64,000 nucleotides of DNA, taken from assembly GCA_964270895.1 (NCBI GenBank), contig OZ185437.1. The stretch is one strand, 5' to 3'. The translations under genes and the position numbers were made by a program. This document shows, in pieces, positions 26,101 to 38,690 of the stretch. The number at the start of each line of letters is the position of its first letter. Positions within the stretch are counted from its first letter, which is position 1. This DNA is from Podarcis filfolensis (taxonomy: Eukaryota). The notes below the pieces were generated by a model. That model did no database searches. It was not told where the DNA came from and saw only the letters and a list, made by a program, of their open reading frames with translations.

Positions 26101-27689
26101 TTTTTCTTATAAATACTATGTAAGAACACTTCAGTTCCACTGTTCAGATCTTCCACTATGAACTTTCACAGGTCGATCAGCTAGATGTTGATCTATATCT
26201 TCCTTGATGGAAGCAAAGCAGTTTTATCTAATGGAGCATATGGATTGCAAGTTTCTTGAGAGCAGGGCCTTTTTTAAAAAATAAATATATAAAGCCATGT
26301 AAAGCACCATATTGTGTGCACCAGTATGGTGCAAACATAATAATTCACTTCTGTTTACTTATATAAACATAAGAAAGTAAGTATAACTAAAGGAAAAAGA
26401 TAAATGCCTACTTTGTGGTAATCGAACCTTTATAATCTGTGCTAGATGATATAAAGCAGTTTCCTGTGTTCCTACGATCTTTTGTCATGTGGCTGGCTGC
26501 TAAGTTGACTCATGAGCCTTTTGTGAGGAACTTTATCAAAAGCATTTTGGAAGTCTAAGTATATATAATGTCAACCAGATCTCCCCCAACTGAATACTTG
26601 TGGACACACTAAAAGAATTCCAAAAGGTGTGTGACACAAAACCTCCCTTTGCAGAAGTCCTGCTTGTCAAGGTTTGTTCTTTTATGTAACTGCAAACTGA
26701 TGTAGAAATCTGAAGAGAGTGAAAAAATGAGAAACTGAGGAGAAACAAAAATCTCCAGATTCGCCCATCCCTACAAGGGGACAAATATTCAATGTTCTAT
26801 TACTAATCATATTAATTCCTGAATCTGTGCACATGAAGTGTGAACACAGTCAGGTGAACATTGGGGCTTGTCATCATTAACAATGCTAAAACTTGAGGCA
26901 GAAAATTACTTGTATGCCACTGCCTTTAACTCCAATGAGCACGCTACCCACCTGATCACTCATCTGCTCACCTTAGAAGGGTCTTCGATGGACCCAAGTC
27001 TTGCCCAGGGATCAACCCTCAAACCTGTCAAATTCAGAACCAACTTCAGCACCAGGCTTCTAACCTGGGAGATAAGGCTACTGTATTCATAAAATAGGTC
27101 AAATTTTAAAAAACCCTTTTAAGTCTTCTACTACTCTCTGTCTCGCATAGGATTGCTGGCACACACCCTCCCCATAAAAACACACGCCCCGCACATGCCA
27201 GAATAACTCCAATACATGTTTGAATGTTTCCTCATAGTAATTCTTTTTACAACCCAGCAAGTTCACGGAAAACGCGTAAGGAGGTTTTCCGAAACCTATC
27301 CCTTAAGAAGCATTGGCACCAGGGTTTTTTTTTGTTTTTTGTGAACCGCCCCGAAGATCTTTTCATGAAGGACGGTATATAAATCGAAAATGATAATAGT
27401 AATAATGGCATGACAGTAATGACTATTTAGGAGAAGCAAGCACGAGATCCCATTTTGCCCCTTGCCCCAAACGGTCGCGATTTGGTGGCTGTCCCGTTGC
27501 CTTTCACTACACCAGCCGCTTTGTAATGGACTCTCGTGCTCTGAGCATGCACAGAGTGCACGGCTGCCCATTCCACTGAGCAGCTGGAGCCTGGACCCCT
27601 AAGGAGCTTGGATCCCTGGTCCTGGGAGGGGGAGCCAGCCCTTCTTCTCCTTCCCTCTCCTCCAATGCACTTGTGAGCCAGACCCCCGA

Positions 27690-28560
27690 CCCTGATCAGA
27701 TCGTACTCTGCCCCCCCCCCCAGCGCTGTCCAAGGCGCCCGTCCGCCTCACCTGCAGGTAGGGCTTCCCCGCGTCCAACCCGCCCAGCACGATGTCCGCC
27801 GAAGCCATGCCTCCCGTCGGCGAGAAGCCGAAGCCCACGTAGCCCGCCGCGCGCACCTCCAGGCGGAAGGCGATGGAGCTGCCCTGCGCAGCCCACGAGA
27901 GCCGGTAGCGGGACGCCCCGTCCAGCACGGCGCTGTGTGGGTAGTGGCGCCCGGGCACGGCGGGCAGCCCCCACAAGAGGAGCAGCAGCAGCGGCCAGCG
28001 GCGCATCCTCGTCGCCCGCTGAACCCGCGCCAGGCGCGCACCTCAGCCGACCGCTAAGCTGTGGGGACTGAGCTGGCCGAGGCAGCCTCCTGGCGCCTCC
28101 GCCAGGCGCCGCGCCTGCTCATTGGACGGGGCGGGCGCCCGGCGTCACCCCGCCCCCGCGGAGTCAGCGGGCCTCGAGGGCTGAGGAAAGCGCGGGAGAA
28201 GAAGGAGGAGGAGGAGAGCGCGACCTGCGTGAGGAGCCCTGAGGAGAGCCGGGGCGGCGGCGAAGGTCCTGAGGGGAAAGAGCGAGGGGGCAGAAGCTCG
28301 CGGCTGAGCAACGAGGAGCCCCCTCCTCCCCCGTCAGACAGGCAGAAATTCAACAGGAGAAGCCTTTGACACGTGCTCCTCTTCAAAGTCCTGCTGCTGA
28401 GAGGCGGAGCGGAGGAGAGAGGTGGCACGTGCCTCGTGGACGCGGGAGGGAAAGAGGAGAGCGACGCGCGCCCTGCCAGGCGGAGGGTTTCTCAGGTACC
28501 AGGTAGATAACAGGCAGCACATCCAACACCTGTAAGCCTCAGCAGGGCGGTGCCAGGACA
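27690..28560. promoter_or_regulatory. CpG island / MOXD1 promoter
   Basis: Very GC- and CpG-rich versus AT-rich flanks; CCAAT (minus) 28121-28125, GC box GGGGCGG ~28128-28134, CACGTG E-boxes 28370-28375 and 28426-28431. Confidence 0.85.
27752..28006 (-). CDS. MOXD1: MOXD1 exon 1 (signal peptide + start of DOMON domain)
   Basis: MRRWPLLLLLLWGL...IAFRLEVRAAGYVGFGFSPTGGMASADIVLGG...PYLQ matches recalled MOXD1 N-terminus; 255 nt, donor CAG|GTGAG, inside CpG island. Confidence 0.96.
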
Positions 28561-28598
28561 CAGCCTGGTTCTGCAACAGGTAACAGAGTCAACCTGTT

Positions 28599-28975
28599 GG
28601 TCCTCCACTTTTGGCTCTAGATGCCGGAGAGGGGGAAGTAGATTGCCAGTTCTCTCCATCCCCACCAGGCACAATAAGATCAGACAGAGCAGACATGTGT
28701 ACCTGTGGCAGACACACAGGACAAGACAGTCTGATGGCAGAGTTTGCCCTGCCTTATCTTTGAAAACTTGGCTGGAGGGGAATGTCACTTGTTGGGACAG
28801 CTTCGCAGCTTCCATTTGCTTATGGACCTCTTGCCTTGCTCATGCGCCTTGGAATCCTGACTTCTGGGACTTGTGCTTGCCACTGAGCTTGTACCACTAT
28901 GACCATGAACAGAGACATCTTCCTTATTCTGAAGTCACAGATGCTACCAGTGGGAGCATGTCAATGGCAAGAACC
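28599..28975 (+). repeat. Copy B of the duplicated segment (upstream of MOXD1 promoter)
   Basis: Direct repeat of 22785-23196, flanked by a duplicated ~48-70 nt block. Confidence 0.9.
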
Positions 28976-29187
28976 TGTAAGCCTCAGCATGGCGGTGCCA
29001 GGACACAGCCTGGTTCTGCACCCCTCTAGTCCAGGTGGCAGAGTCAACATGTTGTGTTGCAGTGCGTTTGCTTCACCAGAGGTGCTGCTGCTGTGCGACC
29101 TCTAAGTGGTTTCCACAGGTGGTCCTTTTCAGGTGTCAGATGTGCTGCTTTGGCTGCACTGCACTTTGGCCCCACTGCCCTGAACTG

Positions 29188-29490
29188 AATCATAGAACTG
29201 TAGAGCTGGAAGGGACCCTGAGGATCATCGAGACTAGAGCAGGGTTTCCCAAACTTGGGTCTCCAGCTGTTTTTCGACTGCAACTCCTAACATCCCTAGC
29301 TATTAGGACCAGCAGTCAGAGATGATGGGAATTATAGTCCAAAAACCAGCTGGGGACCCAAGTTTGGGAAACCCTGATCTAGACCAACCCCCTACAATGC
29401 AAGGCAGGAATATGCAGCTGTCCCATACGGGGATTGAACCTGCAACTTTGGCATTTTCAGCACTATGCTCTAACCAACTGAGCTATCCAG
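29188..29490 (-). mobile_element. tRNA(Ile)-like SINE with CR1-like tail, interrupted by a hAT-type MITE
   Basis: Minus strand ggatagctcagttggttagagc...gcaggttcaatcccc head and ...cttccagctctacagttctatgatt tail. Confidence 0.8.
29240..29376. mobile_element. hAT-type MITE nested in SINE
   Basis: TIR cagggtttcccaaacttggg / cccaagtttgggaaaccctg; flanks gactagag / atctagac. Confidence 0.8.
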
Positions 29491-32400
29491 GTTGATCCTT
29501 TCTTAGCAGGCCATGCGACTGGTGGTCTGAAAGAGTGTCTTTAAAACAAAACCCCCGCAGTGATTTACATCTTTTTCAGTCAGTTGCCCCATCCCCCAGT
29601 GCCATTCAGGCAGCTTGGCACCACAGCATTGAACCCAGACATAGGTATGGAATGAAGGGAAATGAGACCCTTGCTGAAGGGAAACAGACCTGGGAACCAT
29701 ATGCTTATTGCCTTGGGTTCTGTGGTGGAAGAAAAGTGATATGAGAAAAATAATCCAAGCTGCAGCCTGGACAAGACCTAGTATATCATGTGGTCAGTAG
29801 GATTGGGACATTAATTGTCTTACCCTATCAACAATCACATAGTGAAAACTACATTCCAAAAGTTTTAAATGAAAAAACACACATCAAAAACATAACCAGC
29901 TTAGCTGCTGTTTAATAACCATTAATAACCAGAATGGCTGAGGCAACCCCGTCAGATGGGCGGGATACAAATAAGTTGTTGTTGTTGCTATATAACGACC
30001 TTGTCATATTTGGAGTAAGGCTGGGGAAGGGTAGGTTTTTAATCACCTTTTCTGTGCATGGTTATGGACTAATTTGGGATTCTAATTGTTAACAACTGTG
30101 AACAGATGGAATATTCATCCAGATACAGTTAACAGCATTTTAGTGCAAACTCAGTGTGGAAGAAGCTGATGTCTGTACGAACCTAAGTTTCCACACACAG
30201 CAAAGAGGACTACTTATGGTAAATGGAAAGCATTCTGAAAGGCTTGATATATTACGGTCACTTTTAAAAAATATCAATAAACAAAAACAAACCACACATC
30301 GTTTAGAGAAAGCAGAGGAATGCCAGACTTTCCAAAAAGCTCACACTTTGGCTGATCCCTGCGATGGCTGTGTGTACATTGCCATTTACTCCAGCTCCAG
30401 TGCACTCCCACTGCTGGTGTTTGAAACAAAGTACACATGACGTTGGCCACAACCCATATGTATCCTGAAATTTCTTGAGAAATACAGAGGTTTGATGTGA
30501 TTGCCCTCAAATCAGCTTCTGTCTGACTTGTGAGCTTAAGCTGAGGTGTGAGAGTTGAGCTGAGGTGTGAACATTTCAGAAAACCTTTGTGCATGCTCAG
30601 ATGACCGCTTCATTGAATAGGAGTTTAGTGGGGTCACAGGCATGGGGAAACCAAACAGGTAAAGCTCATTGGATGAAGACCTCTCCAACGTCTGTCTAGT
30701 ATGAACAGCAATTTAAAAATGGAATGGGGCAGAGAGGAGAATGACCTCACTGCATTTTAAGCTGCTAATGTGTACATAGCCAATGTCTTCTGGAATTATG
30801 TCCCATTGTGAAGCACATTTATATATATTTTCTTTCTGTTTGTGCATGTAGGCTTTAGGACAGCATGTAGAGAATGGGATCTAATCCACAAGAAAGGGGG
30901 TAGCAAAAGGACGCCACCCTGTATGAAAGTAGAAGGGAGAATTGCCATTTATTTCAACCACAATGTACACTTTTCACACTTTAGTTTGTAGATAAAATGA
31001 TGTCATCATAGAATTAAGGAGATGGAAACCATTATTAAATAAAGTACTATAACGAAGGAAAGAGGCCAGCTTTTAGAAGTGGCTGGGGGTAGGTGGGGGT
31101 TCATGCCAAGTGTGTGGTACACAAACAGAGCTTCTTACACCACACTGCTAAATTAAGGGATGAGATCACATGTTTCCACTTAGTCTTTTAAGCTCACTTT
31201 TTGAAACCTTCCTTTAAAGCTGTGCCGTGTAGAAATTTCCAGCTGAAATAGTTCCTGCTTTAGACGTTCACATCTTCATCTCAAACACCTTCCTCCATGG
31301 CGCATGGTTCAATGGGGCAGATATTCTGAAAATGTCTCCAAAGCTTGAATGTCCCCTGAGCCTTCAAAGAGCATTGCCTCCAAGCTATCAGGCTTTTCCA
31401 CACACTTATGTCCCTAGTTTAAAACTCATATATCCATCAGTGGCCTGTGTGCTAATTTGTTTGGAAGTTTAGCAAGCCGTACAGGACTATATCCAGAGAA
31501 GAGGTAAAAGACCTTTGGATAAAAGTGGAGAAGGGCCATTTCAAGCTAGTGAAGAGGGGTAAACTACACACACAAAAAAAGTCCAAATTGGATTGCTGCT
31601 AGTATCAGCAGTACATAACTTTGGGAGTGCACTTTACACTGAGTTACAAGGTTAAACTGACTTGAGGCTGTAAGAGGATATACTGAATGGATATCCGAGG
31701 GTTTTAAAACGAAGCCTGGATTATAGAAGGATCTACTGAGTGCATTAATTCTCAGTAATCACAGTTCCTATAACTGTTGTTCTGATTTCTCCAAGATTAT
31801 ATCTTTTTCAGATAATCAATCTAGGGTACTCTTTCAAGGCTTTTCGGGTTGCAAATACAGAGCCTGTGCTTTTAAGTTTCCACATGCCTTGTGTCTGTTT
31901 TCACAGTCTGATGACTGCACATAGAGTGGGGTGTGGGACCTGCCGCTACAGCCCTGCTCCCTGCTGCCAGATGCGTTCATTTAGCTCACACTGATCGTCT
32001 GAAAATAGCTTATCGTTATTATTCCTCTTGCTTAAATGTAGGGAAATAAAACTGGGACTGAATCTCTTGCAAAGTGTCATCCACATAGCATCCAAAGCTG
32101 GGCCATGAGTTCTAGTCACCAAATTAATTACATTTCCTACCTTCTGTCTTTCACCACAGCTCTGAGTGCTTGTCGGGTGAAACTTAGGAGCAGGAGAAGA
32201 TGACCAGTTTTGGTTGATAAATTTAAGCTTGAGTGACAGAATTGCAAATTTAATAACTGTCTTAATGAAGGCAATGTAAATGTGATGGTAAATAGAACTT
32301 GTTTAGTGCTGACCTTTATCAATAAGCTTTTAGGAGGCCAGTGGGAAATGTTAGAAAACTCTGACATTTACAGAAAATCTCAAGGTCAACTGAGCATTGC

Positions 32401-33309
32401 CAGTAAATTACGAAGTTCTGTCCTCATTTCCATCATTTAGTATTAAAGGACAAGATTCACCATAGCTAGTTTGTACTTTCCCAAAACAAACCTTGTGACA
32501 TAAATATCTCTGATTATTTAACAGTGAATCTTAATGCCAAGCAATTTGCCCCAACAAAGAGCTACCACCTTAGGGTAGATGGCAATATTTTCATTGGAGC
32601 TGGGGTAAATGTTGAAATGTGACTCATTCATTTATACAGTTCACTGGTACATTTCAAGAGCCACCAAGTATCTTCTGTAAATTACCGATTTTTATCTTAA
32701 TTTCTATCATAACAATTGCTGTTGGGATCTATTAGGGCAACAGTACATTGCTATGGATTCTTGAGACATTATGAATGCTTGTAATGGTCAACGTATTGTT
32801 ATACAAATGTAAAATGTGAGAATATGGAAACCAATGAATTTCTGAATGCTTTGGGGATTTACCAGTGAACAGGCTACCCTTTCACCCTACTTTCACTATG
32901 AAATGGTAAAATTCATTGGGCTATCAACATGATTTCTCATGGGCACCTTTTCATCATTGTGGAGCTGATGTTGCCATTTGGTATTCTAGGTAGCTCCAGA
33001 CAAAGAAGCAGACTGGACAACAGCTAGAGCATGGATAGTGCAAGAATCATAGAACTGTAGAGTTGGTAGAAACCCTAAGGGTCATCTAGTCCTATCCCCT
33101 GCAATGCAGGAATTCTGCCCACAGACGTCCCTGTACTGTGATTTGAAGTGCTGTCAACTGGGGCTTCAAAGCACAGTATCACATGATGTCCCTATGACAT
33201 CAGGTGACCCACAGGTGAGTAGCCCTGTCCACCTGTGAGTTTCGGCATGCCAGGAGCGTGGAGATAAAGATCTGGCCTGCTGGGCAGGAAAAGGTTCCCA
33301 ACCCCTGGT

Positions 33310-33780
33310 GGAGAATTTCATCTCTTCTCCAAACTATTTGCCTCACTTCCTTGCTTTCCCTTCCTGAGAAAGTTAGTTGAAGCACATCTTCTGCAGTGAA
33401 GACAAAGAATTCATTCAGCTTCTCTGCAACTTCCTTTTACTGCTTTAGCACACTTTTCACTTCCATGTCATCCAAAGGTCCAACTGCTTCCTTAGTCAGC
33501 TTCCTGTTTCTAATGCATTTTTAAAAAAGGATTGTTGGTTTAAATATTTTTTAGCAATTTGCTCCTCATATTCTTTCTTTTCTTTTCCTTTTGCTCGCTA
33601 TTGCCTGCTTGCATTTCTTTGCCAAAGTTTGTGTTCCTTTGTGTTCTCTTTGGACAAGACTTGTTTTCTGAAAGAAGCCTTCTTGCTTCTAACAGTCTCC
33701 TTGACTCTGCTTGTGAACCATGTTGGCACCTTCTTGGCTTTGGTGGTACCTTTTCTAATCATCTGAGCTTCAGCACACAA
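33310..33780 (-). mobile_element. Decayed CR1 LINE ORF2 fragment (endonuclease-RT linker)
   Basis: Minus strand KKVPTWFTSRVKETVRSKKASFRK...HKLWQ resembles the CR1 linker; disrupted. Confidence 0.7.
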
Positions 33781-36700
33781 AACCTGGAACTCCCTGCAGG
33801 GATCCTTCTTTCCAGTCAGAGCATATTGCTGGGGGTCACATTCTTTAAGAGATTACCCAGAACATTGCAGCACCTTCTTGGCAGTAGCTGTTTTCTAAAG
33901 AGCCTGTTTTCCAATGATCTTGTGAACCACTGTTGCAGCCAACCATCTAACACACCCATGCTGACTCAGACCGTAAGGCCATTTATTTTTTTAAAAAAGA
34001 CATTTATCAAGAAACCACAAGCAGGGATCAGCCTGGTGTTGCCAGCTTCAAAAGAGCTTATTCCTATGTTTATATAATGGGTTCAAAAAGCATGCTAAAG
34101 GCTGCTCTTCATTCATGAGGCATTATGTTTCCTTTCTTTCTAGCACAGGCATATGGAACTTACGACTCTTGAGGTGTTGTTGGACCACAGCTCCCTTGAC
34201 CATTGGCCATGCTGGCTAAATCTGATAGGAGTTGGAGTCTAACAACATTTGGAGGACCACAGGTTCCCCATTCATTCATAGATCCTTCCACCCATTCAAA
34301 TGATAGTGCTTGTTGAGCAGGAAACATGACTGTGGTTGTTGCCCATCCTGCTGCCCCATATGGATGTTCTGGTGAAGGTCTGAAGGAGCCTATGCACATT
34401 CAACTTGTCAAACTGTAGTCCATGTGATTACGGATGCTCAAATAGGGTCTGCAGTTGCTCGGACAAAGCCTATGCACATAGCTGTATGTGCACATAGGTT
34501 CTTTCTCACCTTCACCTGAGCACCTGTGTGGGGCTCTTCCACACTATGATTTTTCAGTTGTGTGTGCAAAACATAAAACGTATTTGAAAGTTCACCATAA
34601 CATAATTCTGGAAGGAAATTTAGTTTTCAAAGGGGATAGGAATTATTATGTACCAGCTTTCTAGTGTAAGACTTAACATTGCCCACCTGCCTGTCTACTG
34701 CAAAATTTCAGGATCTCTTTAGCAGTCTTGCCAAATGGCAAAACATGTAAGCTGGTCAGCTGGACATGCAGGGAATCAATCTGCCAGCTTCATCAACCAT
34801 ACAAAGAACTCTGCACAGATCAAACCATGTTCCTAGCAAACCATATATATGGTCAGGTGAAATGGCTGAAAATCAGTTTTTAATCCAAGTGCTTTGATGT
34901 AAGTGTGTTATGGATTAGGCTACTAGAGATCCAAGCAATCCCATAGGGCTTAATTTTTAAGAAACAGAAATGAATTAAAGTCCTGTGTATCTGAATTAAG
35001 GTTCAGCTGAGCTGGCTCACTGCTAGTTAAATTCAACTTTGCATTAGTTTTAGAAGAAGGAATGAAACCCATACATTTAGCAAATTTGCACTGCCTTTAC
35101 ATTCTCAATGATCCATTAATAAGCCAAGCTCTCTTCCACAAAGGAAAAATATCACACTACCATTGGCACTCAACTTCCAGAATTTTAAAAAAAGTTTTGA
35201 TTTGCTGATTGAGAAATAGGAAAGTCAATTAAGGAAAAAGAGAATGGACCACAGTTCAAGAGGATCTGTGGAGCCGTGATGATTGATCAATGTTAAATGG
35301 TTTCAGGAATGTAAATCATGGCAATTATGCAACTAGACATGCAACTAATTTTGTAAATTATAGTTTTTTGCCATCTAAGGAGGACCTTTTTGATTTTGAA
35401 AGGAATTTTGACTATAGAGTATGGATTGTTTTTGTACTCCCTAGACATTTTTTTAAATTTTCATTTGCTGTCCCTGTCTATTTTAATGGTTCAGTTTTAG
35501 CACATTTATTTCTGGTTGATCAATTTTAATTCCAGTGTGCTAAACCAACTTGAGTATATATTTAAAAAGAAAAACAGAAAGTGGGGTATCAATGCTTTTA
35601 ATAATTCAATAATAAATACTGTGCACATTGAAATCAGCAACAGCAAATAATACAATGAAACAATGGACCATAACCCAGCAAATATTAGCTGCAACTAAAA
35701 CCACAATTTCTGTGTGAAAGAGCACATAAAATGCAAAAATTAGCAAGGAAGGAAATGTTGGGAAGAAGAAACAAAGTGCCATCTGAATGCAGCCCTAGAG
35801 TGGGTATAGAACTGAGATGTAAAGCATTAAAAGGGAATTGTAAAATATTAGTACAGTCTTGATCCTACAAGGTGAAGAATATCTTCAAATCTCTTTATGA
35901 CACAAAGACTTTGTAAATGTTCAGTATAGCTCTTGGTTCAGATCTATGAGTCAACTGTACTCACCCTTTTTAATAACAGTGATTAAAGAAAATAAAAAGG
36001 GATTAGGGTGTGGATGTGACAGAAAATACCCAGCTCTGCATTTGTTTCTTCCTGGGATAAATATTTTGAACATCTTATATATGCCAAAAGCAGGTGGGGG
36101 GGGAGTAGAGGACAGAGGGTGAAGAAAGAACTGGGAGCGGATAGGGGATCTTTACCTGTCTTTTGGATCCACCGGGAAACTCAACAAACCTACTGTACCT
36201 GGAACTGGGTGTGGAGAGTTCAGCTGAGTGGGCAGTACAACTTCCTGAGGAAGTAGCATCCACCTTGGGCCTGCCCATAAAAAACAAGTCTAGAGTGAGA
36301 GACTAGAGTGATGGCCGCTGTTTGCAGGAACTCTTCTAATTGTGAGGCTTTTGTGGGTGAGCTGAGATGTGTGTGTGTGTAACTTTGCATTAATGTAACT
36401 TTTTATGTAACTGCATTTTTGTAATATTTTGTTTAAGTTGTTGCTTTAGTTTTTTGTATAGCACTTACAGTTTTTTAGTGTATTAATCAGTATAGAAATT
36501 AAATAACCAATAATCAAAACTTAGAGGTTTCAACTGCGTGGGCATCACAAAAGGTCAGCAATAGTTTTTAGTACAAGCTCTATTTTAAAATAAAAATAAA
36601 ATTTGAGCAAATCAGTTGACACAAAATAACAATTACTCATCAAACTCAATAGAAGCTTAAAAGGTTAAAGCAGATGCTTCCAACTTTTTTGGGGATACAA

Positions 36701-36950
36701 GAGTCACCAATGATTAGATGGTGGTTTTGAGGGGATTTCTTGGCAAAAAAGATAAATAAGGATCTATACCTCAGAACCATGTTTTTGCAGCACTGGCAGT
36801 TACCAGATCCATGGTTTTTATGTTCATTCAATGGAAACAGATGTGGTCTGTGATTTGGCAGAGGTGGGGAACCCGTTAAAAAAGGCTAGTGGGTTTTAAG
36901 ACTCCAACAGCATCTGGAGGACACCAATTTGGGGAAAGACTGGAGTAGAC

Positions 36951-37082
36951 TAGAGTTTCCAAAACTTGTATTCAGCTGTTGTTTGACTACAACTCCCATC
37001 ATCCTTAGCTAACAGGACCAGTGGTCAGGATAATGGGAAGTGTAGTCAAAAAACAGCTGGAGATACAAGTTTGGGAAACCTG
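36951..37082. mobile_element. hAT-type MITE (same family as 29240-29376)
   Basis: Same internal palindrome; 8-bp TSD gagtagac / gactagac (7/8). Confidence 0.75.
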
Positions 37083-38272
37083 GACTAGACAATACATGTG
37101 CACACAATTCTTCAACTTTTTGATGAAGGAAAGCTATGGGAGTCTGCAAGTCTGAGCAGAGGAATTGGCTGCTTAGCCCTTTCTCCTCTGGCCATTCTTC
37201 TGCTAAAAAAGAGACACAAATTCAGAGGAATTTGTTTGCATCATCAGGAGGAATGTTTTTAACCACATTGCACAGAATTTTAAGTAGCAAGACTTAAAGA
37301 AGGGAAAGGGTTAAGTATCTCCTCTTTTCACTGTTCCTCTGCTCAAACTTGCAGCATCCTTAGGCCACACATTAAGTTTAAAAAAATGTCAGGAGATGTA
37401 TACTTCATCTGCCTTGAAACATCTCATTTGACCTGAGTCAAATGGTAGACTTGGGAATTCTCAGCTCATGGGACCATAATAACCCCCAATAGCCTTTGTG
37501 GGATATTCTTTAGAAGATATGAGCCCAAGAACTTAATCTTCTTTGCATTAATTGTGATTCCTATTTTTGTCCTGCTCAAATCCTCCTAATGGAAAGCAGA
37601 GGAAGTCAAGCCCTGCCTTTTAGCAAACCCCAAGGCTAGAATCTGAATGGGAAGCCTAATTTTTCCCCATCTTGATATCAACAATTAAATCTAAATTAAA
37701 ATGTTCCTGGAAGTTTTCCACAGCCAAGTGATTAAAAAAAATCTGCCAAATTTAGTTCTCATACAGCAGTTGCTGTATAAGCTTGAGTAAAAGAAAACTA
37801 TTTTTGTGATAGGTAGGTAAAGGATTTCTAGTATGAGATTTAAAAACAAAACATGAAAATTGAGGAAAATGTTAAGTACATAATTAGGGTAAGCCATGGT
37901 ACTTTGATCATGGCAATAAGCTATTAGCACAGAGGCTGCCATGCATTTGCAGAGAGAACTCAGTGGTCTTCATATGTCTAAAATAGAATCACTGATGAAT
38001 AAATGCATAACAAGAAACTTCATTTATTTAGTTAATTTAAGTAACTGTTTTTATTTAATTAACAATTGTAGAGAACTGCTGTGTTGAATCCATCATGGCA
38101 GCAGGTTTTCATGCTTCTTTCTCATCACTGAAGCCCTCTCTGCTATCTAAAATTCTCTCCTGAGGGATGAAGCACTGTGGTGATCACACAGGGTCCCAGG
38201 ACGTTTAACGGTCTATTCATCTCTGTGCCACCACTGTGCTTGCTTCCCCGCTGCCACCAACCAGTTACTCTC

Positions 38273-38690
38273 TGGTGAAACACTGAGTCCAGACAGTTGT
38301 TAAAAGTGAACCAAAAAAAAAAGTTTATTTTACAAACATTAACAAGTTTATGGTTTCTCCGATAGTATTCCTGTCAGTACCTTAACTTTAGTTTCTTTAC
38401 CGGCCTATACCTTCCTAATACCTTCTGACTGATTTTCTCAACTGTTTGACTGACTCCTCTTAACAAATTCTCTCAGTCTCTCACCCCAGACTAGCCCAAC
38501 CCACAGACTTATCTTATCTGTCTCTTCTAACTCTAGACTGTCTTCTCAACCACCCTAACTCTAACCCCCCCAAAAAAACCCCCTCTGTGCTTAAACCTTA
38601 TACACAGTTACTGCTGCCCCCTGGTTTCACATTGGTTAGTCATTTTACAATTAGTTAACCCTTTCCATATGAACCCAGTATGATGTCACA
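38273..38690 (-). mobile_element. Putative solo LTR
   Basis: Minus strand begins TGTGACATC and ends TTTCACCA, with TATA-like GTATAAG and a downstream AATAAA; no TSD found. Confidence 0.4.

Noticed and set aside
27673-28428. Several overlapping Pro/Arg/Gly-rich ORFs
   Set aside because: Stop-poor GC-rich CpG island; only the MOXD1 exon 1 frame has homology
28550-29029. 159-aa ORF and similar ORF 22918-23220 as a duplicated gene
   Set aside because: No recognisable domain, frames differ between copies, no splice architecture; explained by the DNA duplication
29420-29490. tRNA-Ile-like gene on the minus strand
   Set aside because: It is the head of a SINE: it continues into a CR1-like tail, stems and anticodon loop are degenerate, and other partial copies exist
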